Source: Paragordius varius (Eukaryota > Animalia > Nematomorpha). Taken from it: a stretch of DNA of 64,000 bases. The DNA lies in the NCBI GenBank assembly GCA_964247055.1, contig OZ176054.1:7688001-7752000 (forward strand). Reading direction: 5' to 3'. Below, in pieces: positions 28,201 to 39,347 of the stretch. Made by a program: the position numbers and the translations under genes. Each line of letters opens with the position of its first letter. Positions within the stretch are counted from its first letter, which is position 1. Under the pieces are notes generated by a model. The model was not told the origin of the DNA. It did not search any database and saw only the letters and a list, made by a program, of their open reading frames with translations.

Positions 28201-31200
28201 TTATGGTTTTTTCCTTCACCCTTTTTAAATTAATTTATCGAATAAAATGATCATATCTTTTAATTATTTTTGCTCTCTATAAATTAGATTAGAGAAATCG
28301 GTTCAATCTCAACAACAATCTCTCTATGATGAGCAACAAAGAGCGGCCGCTCGCTTATCAATTTTATCGGCTTATGAGTCGAAATCAACCAATTTTAGGT
28401 TATTTTTAACATTTTTTAGGTTAGGATTTTGTGTTTGTCGGGTAACTTTAGGAGTTGGTTTTTTTTCAATAGAATTTCAATTTTTCCAAGAAACCTTCTT
28501 TCAAAGGATTAAAATTTTCTTTTTCTCACAATTATTGTGCAAGCTACCGGAAGACAAACAACAAACATTCACTCAATCATAGTTTTTGGAATTTGTGTAA
28601 ATTTTTATCTAATAATGTGAAGGACCTGAAACATTGGGGAATTTTGGACAAAAAACTGACAACTAAAGTTACCTTTATTTATCTTTTCTTTCTACAAAAC
28701 TTTACTTCACACACCTCTTGAGTAAAACAGTCAGAGGTGTGTAAATATATACGCGCATGTCAATTTACGAAAAGAGTTTGATATACCGTTGTGGTGGAAG
28801 GATTGTAAATTGTGTGTCAATCTTACCATTCGCGTTTAATAACTCTTAGTAGTAATTGTGTCTATGCGTTTAAAACAACTTGGCTTGACGGGGTTGTCAC
28901 CGTGCTCTTTACTCAATGCTTTTTGTGAGAATATGTCAGAAAAAATCATACAATACATACATTCATCTTTAATCATTTCATTGATGTTCACTATCCTTCC
29001 TTCTCACACAAAGAACCTTGAATAGGAAAAAATTAAAATTTGATCTCATTTAAAACTTTTGCCCTAGCTTTTTACATACAACAATAACAATAGCGGATCG
29101 CGTAAAAACTACACTAATCCATTTTCCCCCTTTTGGGCACCTCCTTCTGTTAAGGGATAAACCAAATTCCAAAAACTATCATTGATTGTGTGTTGTGCTT
29201 GTTTCTGGAAGCAACATTTGTATCTTTTAAGAAAAAAATACCTTTTAAAACCTATTGATTAACCTATTTATTTGAAGAGGGAAAAACATGAATTCAGTGA
29301 GTTCCCATATTTCAAATACTAATAATAATGCCAATATGATTAATAATAACGTTATTTTACTCAAACAAAACAGTGGTGGTGCCCAAAATTCTGTGTTGTT
29401 ACAACAAAACACCCTAAATCTTACCAACTCGCCATCATTGCTAATGGCAACCAGCAATAATAATAATCAATTTAAACTTCAACTCAATGGTAATGTCAAC
29501 AATGACATAATAAATAATACGGCCAATAAGTTTGGGGGAGATGGATTAGTGCGAAGTGGACTTGTTAATAACCCCAATAATAACGCCATAATACAAGTAT
29601 CAGGAAATCGATTGATATCTATCCCGGCAAATGCCGCAAATCAAAGCAATGGTGGTGGCATTCAAATACATCAACAACAGCAGCAAATAGGGTCTAATCC
29701 AATTAACAGAGGTACATTTATTTAAGTTTGTGAGAAACATTATGTAAAATGTTAGTCAATTACCGTATGATATAAAACAAATTTTGTCCATAAATAAATA
29801 AGATTTATGTTGTAAGATAGAAAAAATTTTAAATTTAAGCATTTGTTGCTTTTCACCCATACCTTACTGTATTGCCAATTGGCATATTATAAATTGACGA
29901 ACATTAATGTGCATACCGTATTTATCAATTTTCTACCAATTTTTGGCTTTTGCATACAGTTAAATTATTTTTTCCAAAAAATATAGTTAATTTAAACGCA
30001 TTAAATACTTTGCGGATAAATAATAATACGATTGGTGGAAATCAAACTGCCCAAACTCTGGCTGGTATTCGCATAAATACTCCTCAGACAGGAACAGTTC
30101 CAAACACAATAAATATTCGTTCAGTGGCCACCGGTAAATTATTTGCAAAAATTAAAATATTTTCAATAACTATTGATCATTTTGTTTCTCAAGGAACCAA
30201 TTTTAATTTCATTTTATTCCCAATTTGAATACGTAAAATATTAAAATATGTACAAAATATCGCATTAACACGATTTTTATTTTTAACATTTGAAACTAAT
30301 GGTTTTTCAATAAAGTTATTTTTTACAAAAGCTAAAAAACTAGTTTTTTTATATCAAATAATGTTGATTGAAATCCTTGTTTAAAATATGTAGGGTCACA
30401 ACTTGTACGATTGCCCGATGGACGCCTTCAACTCCTTCAAATTTCTGGTGGGACCACCCCCGCCAATGCTATTGTAAGACAACAAAATATTCAACCACCA
30501 GGAACTCAACAAAGAATCGTTTTAACTGGACAGCCAAGGTTATTTGCCATTCTTGAAATTTTTTATAGGCAGCGGTTTATTATTCATTAGATTGTTAACA
30601 TAAAAGTATAAATTGTGTCTGTAAATGTATGAAAATTACATATAAAACAATAAAAATTAATATACATCAACCTTTGACTGAAATTTGCGCTAATTAGTAT
30701 GAACACTCTTTAAATTTACTTTTGCCTTACACATAGTTTATATTGATATGAGAACACAGCTATTCAAACATTTGTTTCATATGAGAACTAGAACACAAAA
30801 TTAGTCTTAAAATACGATTGATAAACACTTGCTTTATGTTTTTGGTTTAATTTAAATTTTATTAAAAGGATTGAAACCATGCAATCTTTATATCTAAATT
30901 AAATTTCGAACCAATTTTAGACTAAGTACAAATTTATAAATTAATAAATAGATAAAAAGAAATCAATTATGTCAACCCAATTTTATTTTTGTGTTGATCC
31001 GAAGAAGTTGGAGCCATCTACCAAAAATTCATTAATAAATTTATTAATAATTTTAATGATATTAATTGCATCATACATATTATTCTAAAATAATAACTTT
31101 TTTTGTGTAATATCACACACAGGTATTTGAGTGGGAATGGTCCATTTACTGCTTCATCTCGACCACAAACGGCCACAAACATGAATCAATTGATGATGAC

Positions 31201-34200
31201 TAACAACAATAATAATAATAATCGATTATTTGCAAACACAGCAGCTCCTCAACGCTTCCCCAACAACCTAAACGCGAACAACAATCAACAACAGCAATTG
31301 TTGTTTCAACAACAGCAAAGGCTAATGAATAATCCCAATGTTAATATTGTACGACAACAAAAACAGCAAATACCACCACCCTCCTCATCCATTATTCGTT
31401 TTACGGGTGGAGGTGGGGGTGTTCAACAACAATCTTCGCCTCTTAAGGTTCTTCATGGGGGACTTGGAACAACCGCTGGAATTCTTAATAGTCAATTTCG
31501 TACCACAAATTCTAATGTATGATATATTTTTTAGGAATATAGTTTATTGTGTGTTGGTGATTTAGTGTAACTTTTTCTTATAATTGACACCTTTAACTTT
31601 TAGTTAAAATAAAGATTTTTTAGTGTTTTATTTATCTAATCAAGATCTTTGATCATGTCCCTTTAAAGAAATTTTATTTAAATGTCACAAAAATATTTAT
31701 TGTAATAAACATATTTTGTTAGCAATCTTATAAAAATTGTTTATACACTTATCCAGTTACATAATATATTGTTTTCATTTAGCTCATAGCTAATGAAAAG
31801 CAAGCTGCATTGGCCGGTTTTAACAAATATCAAATACAATTGAATCAAGAAAATTTGGCTCACCTTTCTGATGGAATAGGCGAAGACCGGAATTTTGAAC
31901 TAACGCCTCAAATGACGCAAAAAAGTTTTTTTTACATTAAAATATGGTTTTAAATGTTGCATAATATAAATTATTTATTACACAAAATAGCGAAAAATTT
32001 ACATATACTACAGGTTTTTGAATTACCAATTAAAAGATCCTTATTTAACATTTTATTGTCATTTACAATTTTAACTTTTATTTTATTTATATTATGATAA
32101 AATTATGATATGATTTTTCTATGAAAGCCATCCTTAAATTTATAAAACCCATTTTTATGTGCAATTTTTATTTATATTATAAAGTTATGATATGATTTTT
32201 TTATGAAAGCCAGCCATCCTTAAATTTATATAACCCATTTTTATATATTCATTCTCTTTTAGTATTGAATCAAGCCATGCTGAGTACGACAGATCCAAAC
32301 GTTCAGGGTAAATTGGTAGCTTTTCAAAAGGCTCATCAAAAATCGCAACAAGCACAACATCAACAACAAATTTCATCTATGCAACAAAACATTAATGCCC
32401 ACTCTAAGGAACAAATCATCAAAGAGTTAAGAGAAAAACAAGGGTTCTATGCCCAACGCCACGCTATGCAAAGGTATACATTTTCCGAAAAATGTACCTT
32501 TGCAGTATTTTATTGCATTTAATCACCATTTTTTAATTGTTTTTTTTTGTATCAATGCTAATGTTTTAGGTCTCAAAATTATTAATATTTTGAAAAGTAA
32601 TTTTTTGGAAAATACTTGTTTGCCGTAAACTTTTTTTTCGTTAACAAATTTTTCGGCTCGGAATTAAAATATCTAATTTGTTATATGTTGATAATAATAA
32701 AAAATTTAAAAAAATAATGGTTTAAACATTTTTGGCATATGCATATACAAAATTCGAATAATTTTGATAATATTAACACCTTTCCTTTAAATTTATATAT
32801 GTTGTAAAATAATGTTTCCACTGATTTTTTTTCTAGACAAGCAATTGCCTGTCTTGTCCTTAAATCGTTGGTGGATACGGTTGTTAGACACGAGGAAATT
32901 GAAAAAGCATCCAATATGATGACATTACCCACTTTGTTGTCTAAAACGGAGTATGACATTGTGGTACATGAAAAAACCTCGGTCCAATTGAAACATTTGG
33001 ATTTGCAGGTATTACGAAATAACCTCATTTAACCCCATCTTACAGTCTGAGTAATAAATAAATTGCTACGTTTTTATAAAATGTTGCGATATTATAGCAT
33101 TTGTATATAATACAGAGAATATTAGTAGAAAGAAGCAATAAAAGGCAATAAAAATAATTTTTTCCAAGACTTTATTAATTTAATAGGTTTTTTAAAGTGT
33201 ATTTTTACTAACACTGTAAACAATATTTCATTATATTTTAGCAACGATTGAATAAATACAAAGACGGTTTACGCAGGGACATATTGAAAAAGAGAAACAG
33301 GCTGGAATACAACTTGCAAAAGGACGTTGAAGTATAACATGGATATATTTTATAAAATACCTTTTAAGTATATTCATATTTATTCAAATAACTATTTTTT
33401 ATCTGTAGCATGAGTTAATGGATATGAGGAACGAATTGCTAATGAAAAAGAATGCGAAACGGAAATCTAATTACAGTGTTGGATCTTCAAGAAACACCAA
33501 AAAATCTAAAAAGTACACCTATTTCATAATTTTTACATTCAGATCATATTATACATGTAAATAATAAATTTTATTTAACTGTATTATATGAATTTTGATT
33601 GTTTGAGAGTTTTTTTTACTGGTTATGCTAAAAGCCGTCTCATTTATACCGGTCATTCATTTCATTTTTGGCTACATTCCCCCGTATAATTCAAAAATTT
33701 AAGAATATATTACATATTTTTGACTGTAAAACCACTAATAATCCACTTGTTTTCTTATTTTAAATTATTTCAGTCATTGTTTAAAAACGTGAAGGTAGGT
33801 GTCGACTTTTGCATTGTGCGTGTAGTGTGCCACAGTTCGAAACCCGAAACAGTCCTGTGATGGCGAATAGTTAAAACTTTCACAAGTTCTGATCGCCCGT
33901 AAAAAAACTGTCCCAGGGGCTTTAACATGCATGCCGCATGCGATTTTTTTGTATGGCCTGCAAAAAATTATAAGTTAACATAAAATAATAGTTTTTAATA
34001 TAAATTTTACGAATCGGAAAAAAATTCAATCTTTTAATATTTGAGCCTCATACAAATCTATTAGCGGCGCTCGCAAACACCCTTAATCAGAGGTACTCAT
34101 TAAAATAATTTAAAGGGCCTCGTCAAAGAGTATTTATTTTATCCCGAGGGTGAATAATTTAGTGCCATAAAAAGCGCTATTTTTAGGATTACTTCTATAA

Positions 34201-37200
34201 ATTATACATTTTGTTTGGCCCTTTATCTAGTAGTAGTAGTCGCCGTCGTCGTTCTAAGCAACAATCATTTGATCACAGCAGCCATCACCATTTCGATGAT
34301 GAGGACGATGATGAGGAGGAGTACGATACAGAAGCTGAGGAACAGTATTTACGAGAACAACAAGCTTACAGCTCCAACGATGACGAGGAACCGTACGACG
34401 AAGATTTCGGCGGCCCTGATGACGATGACAGCAGTCTCATGGGTGGACCTGAAGATAATAACAACAACGATGATTACATGATGAGTGAAGATCGGCTGTT
34501 GGCTAATGCCAATCTCCTGCTATCATCGACTAGAAATCGTCGCCATGGCAACGAGCCACCACCCTATGACGACGACGACATGGTTGATGGGGAGGAAGGA
34601 CCGCTCTATTCACTCCATCATCAATCTACTGCTGCAGCAACTGCTGCGAAACGTGGAGGACCATCTGCAGGCACAACACAAAAATCTACTACAGGTACAC
34701 ATTTACTTGTTTTAATGACATTTTCTAGTTTAGTAAGTAAGCTCTATATGCGATTATAGACTCTGAGCTTATCTAATAATTATGTTAATAAAGCTCAATT
34801 TATGTTAAAGGCGTCTAAAGGTGAGTCTACGTTCACACAAACTTATTAGTTTTTGGTTAATTTGGAAAGACCTCGTAAAAATAATTTTCCACTGTAATAC
34901 GTTAAATTTCATATCATAGGTGTTTGATTTCAACGATAATTCTCTACTTTAATAGTTATAATCTGATATTATATGCACTCATTTTCATTAATAAAAGTTT
35001 TTATGGATTTTTACAATTTTGTAGTTAAACAAAAAATGGCTGATTCATCAAGACATGATTCCAAAAAGAAAGTATCTAGTGCCTCTTCCAAGGATACGAT
35101 TGGTAAGTATATAATATTGCTTAATACTATAAGAATTGATCATCTACAATGTGTTATGTATATATATATATATATACGATTATATAGCACGTGGAAAAAT
35201 ATCCATGTTTGGACGTAGAAAATTATCATCATCAAACACGACGACAGGCAGTAAAAAGGGCTCATCATCAATGACCAACGATAAACTTTTGAAGCAATCC
35301 AAACAAAGGTCATCATCATCAACTTACTATCATGAAGACGACAATGAACCAAATGAGTTTGGAATGGAAATGGATGATATGGACCAAGATGGTTTGTTAC
35401 CAGATGGAGCCGAATATGAAGATGATCTTGATAGGTACGTTTTTTTTCAATTTTGAAATATTACCAATTACACGTTTTTAAAAATGGAAAAAATTGGTAT
35501 AAAACGAGACTTGTGCTCGAAAAATATTAAACCGCTCCTATGGTTAATGAATGCAGTCTTTACTGGATTAACCAGAACAAATTTAATTAAATTTTGTTCT
35601 AAATATAGCGTTAATAAAGCATTATGGTCAATCTTAAACCATTTTGGTTTAGAGATTAACATGTTATGACCCATTTCAAAGATACCTCTAGATTTTCTTT
35701 AATTTGTTATTGAAATTAAAAAAATGAAATTATATTTCCTATGCAGCATGGGTGAAGATGAACGAGATGAATTTGGAGAACCAAAGGATGCCCTCATGGC
35801 TAAGGTACAAAAAGCCATTTCCAACAACAAGAAAAAACGCAACAATTTAATTTTTACTGGTAAACGATCTCAAAAACATGATATTAACGAGGAAGACGGA
35901 ACCGATGATAACGCTCTTTATTGCATATGTCAAACTCGATATGATCCCACCAGGTATAACATAACATTTTGACAAATTTTGCGATATATTAGAGACAGTT
36001 TTATTACTATAATGTTTTAATATAATTGTCATCAGCATACTTCAAATATAAAATCCATACGATTTATATAGGGTGTATCTGCTCCCTAAGGATTCCAATT
36101 GTGAACAAATACACATGTCATTATTGACAATATGACCCTTTTTTCTAGAAAAATATATAAAATTTAATTAATATGGTCCGAAATGCTATTAATATAAAAT
36201 TGAATAATAGATAATAATAATATATTACAGATAAAAATAAATAAGATATGATATCTTATTTTTTACACATTATTTGTATCGTAACCTTTTACCGCCGATC
36301 ATAACCCAAAAATTAGGTCTTGTTTAAAAATTTGATGATTAGCAAAAGCTAATACTTTAGCGTTGCTGCTTTTTTTAAAAAAGGTTCATTATGATTGTGG
36401 CAGGCAATAGATTATTAATAGTTTTATAGATAAATTTTGCAATACATGTTTTATATTATTATTATTATACACAAAAAAACAGATTTTATATTGGATGTGA
36501 TCGCTGTTCCAATTGGTTCCATGGTGAATGCGTAAACATAACACCCAAAGAAGCCAAACTTATGGATAGTTATGTGTGTTTGGATTGTAAGCTTAAAGCT
36601 ACCCGTACTCCCCCCACAACTCTTCCCACGACAACTGGTCTCACCTCATCATCCAAGAGCAGTAGGCGATCAAATAATGCCACGTCTGCAACTAATAATG
36701 TTGTACCTTCCTCAAGTAAAGAAAGTATTATATTTTTTTAAACCCTTTTTTTGTGGATTGATAAAAAGAAATAAGAGAATATAAATAAACATAAATGGAC
36801 AAAACTAAACTTTACAAATTTATCCTGTAGTCTTTATCTGTTCACTGTGAGTAACTATACACTGCTAATTTTCCATAAGAGAATTATAATTATTGATAAA
36901 TGCGAAAAAGCGGGTAAAATAATAACTTTAAGCGACGTTGCTCTATGAACTATTTGGCAATAATTATTGAAAAACTAGCAATGTATTAGGAGACAATTCT
37001 CATATAAAGACCATGGAAATTATATAACTCATTGTTTTGGGTTGAAAAAATAAAGGATGTAAATTGGTAACCTACTTACCTATATGTCATTTAACACTGT
37101 ATTATAAGTTAATAAATAATATGAAATATATGGTATTTACATCAAAAAATATTAGTTTTATTTATATTTGTAATTGATTTCCAAATCTGTTTTTTTATCA

Positions 37201-38673
37201 GAAACAACAAGCCATAAAACTTCACCGAAAGCTCCGCCAAACCCCACATCAAACGCAAAGTCGGCCCGACAATCATCTTTGACTCAATCCACAACTAATT
37301 CCGCCCCATCAAGCCAAAATAACCTTAAAAATTTTCACCAAGAACTTTATTGTATCTGTCAACAACCGTATGATGAATCTCAGTAAAAACATCCTTTTAT
37401 ATATATATATATATTGGAAAAATTTTATCACTTCAGAGTTATGTTTTTGGAAATATACCAGTAGTTACCTATGCACATTTGTTTCGGTCAATCGGTAATA
37501 TAGTAACGTATGATATGAGCTATTTTTTTTCAGAAATAAAAAACAAATTTAATATATTGTTGGAACGGAAAAATTTGTTTAGTTTTTCAACCATTTGTTG
37601 TTTTTTCACCCATACGCCCCCTTTGTATTATTGCCAATTAATATTGTGGATGGGCCAACATAAACAATCAGTCTTAATTAGCTTTATTCTTTTTTTACGC
37701 ATGCATATCTACACATTCGTTTTTTGTCCAGATTTTATATTGGGTGTGACAAGTGTCAAGGATGGTTCCATGGAAAATGTGTTGGTATCCTTCCCACAGA
37801 AGCCGACGAGATTGAAGAATATGTTTGTCCCAATTGTAAAGCCAAATCAAACGAGGACGCGAATGGTTTAGATATAAATACTAAACCGCTTGAAGAAAAG
37901 GATTATGAATCAATTATGAGAGTCGTGAGACAACTTAAGGTAATTATTTTTGTCATTGTTTAATTAAGAAATATGCAACATTTGAATATACAAAAAAATT
38001 GTAAAGACAAGAACATAGGAATATTATTTAAACCTTGGTTTTATTTAATTGAACCATGGTCGTTTAGGTTTCAAAATAAGTATAAAACTTAATGATATTA
38101 TATTTCTCGATTGAATTGATTTACTTTTAATAGAATAAACAACAAAAATAAAATATTGTTTTTATAAAAAGATACTAATCAATATGCTTTATTTATAATT
38201 TTTATTCAACTATATTTATAAAATAAATTAGGGACATCCAAAATCTTGGCCATTTTTGGAACCAGTGGACGCTAAAGATGCTCCAGATTATTACAAAGTC
38301 ATTAAAGAACCCATGGGTATATTTTTTATATATTTTTGTGGTTGTTTATATTTTTTGTTTTTATGCCTAAAATGTTTTTTCTTGCATACATCCACAAACA
38401 GACCTGAAAAAGGTGGAAAAAAAAATTACTAAACGTCAATACAAAGTTTTGAAAGAATTTGTTTGTGATATGACTAAAATATTTGATAACTGCCGTTATT
38501 ACAATGCACCAAATTCCACTTATTTCCATTGTGCTGAAGTGCTCGAAACATTCTTTAATCAGAAACTCAAAACGCTGCGACAAAGACATCAAGAATTATC
38601 TCAAGTCCCAAACAATAATATTACGCAACAAAACCATGACCTCTTAAAAAATCCTGCACCAGTTGAAACTTAA
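19244..38673 (+). CDS. BPTF: Nucleosome-remodeling factor subunit BPTF/NURF301 (DDT, PHD, WHIM region, Q/N-rich region, PHD, PHD, bromodomain)
   Basis: 32 in-phase GT-AG exons: 19244-20207, 20557-20794, 21311-21510, 21897-22115, 22469-22799, 23121-23242, 23419-23508, 24296-24522, 24738-24858, 25248-25861, 26184-26451, 27006-27353, 27812-27950, 28288-28398, 29278-29711, 29987-30133, 30394-30538, 31123-31516, 31783-31924, 32263-32473, 32837-33008, 33242-33331, 33409-33512, 34231-34694, 35025-35102, 35188-35434, 35747-35953, 36483-36715 (or 36724), 37202-37382, 37732-37939, 38232-38316, 38402-38673. Motifs: DDT (IYEILRRF...LSPFRIETF), [59 protein letters not shown], two YCICQ..YD...FYIGCD.C..WFHG PHDs, and bromodomain SWPFLEPVD...[12 protein letters not shown]...NCRYYN. 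Confidence 0.96.
23925..24265. mobile_element. MITE-like element with long TIRs in BPTF intron
   Basis: aataatatttgtagtaaagtaattaatattaggagtaaagaa / ttctttactcctaatattaatttctttactacaaatatt form inverted arms. Confidence 0.7.
32095..32250. repeat. Two-copy ~82-bp tandem duplication before a BPTF acceptor
   Basis: ttatgatatgattttt.tatgaaagccatccttaaatttata..acccatttt is repeated at ~32104 and ~32186. Confidence 0.8.
33795..33850 (+). other. Possible degenerate tRNA-derived (SINE-head-like) sequence
   Basis: ggtaggtgtcgacttttg resembles a D-loop end plus a Lys(TTT) anticodon arm, followed by a B-box-like agttcgaaaccc. No complete cloverleaf can be drawn. Confidence 0.25.
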
Positions 38674-39347
38674 TATTGCAAATTTTAGTGGTCAACTGGT
38701 TTCTTTAGTTATTTTTCACATAACAAACTCCGATCCATAAAAATGAAAATTAAATATGATATCCAAACTTAAATTGATCTCCTTCATATATGTCCGTAAC
38801 ATTGATTGACATACCTGGATGTGTTCAACACTGATAAAGACTAATGCAAATTGGATTAAATTAAACACATTTATTACTTTTTTCTCCGGATTATGACCAT
38901 TATTTTGGTTTAAATCTACCTTTCCAAATTTTTATGTTGATACATATATGAATACTTTTTTATTAATTTAATCTATTTTGTATATATGAATAAAACGCGG
39001 ACAACTCATATATATTTTTGGTTGTTTTTACACTCGTATATTCGTAAAGAATTTTCGATTCCAGCGAAAATTTAAAATTTATTATGGATAAATATATTTT
39101 TTCATTACACAATATTTAATAATATGATACTATTCATTCTTTTTAAGAGTGTTATTATTATCTATAAAATATATATCATATAAAATTTGTGTATAATAAT
39201 AATACTATAAAATAAATAGATTTAGATAGATGTATGAATAATTGCCATTATTATATCCATATATTGTGTAATCATTGAATTTAAAATTATTTCGCCACAG
39301 TATAAGGATTTTAAATATATAGCTTATTAAATTTTGTTTGGTATGTT

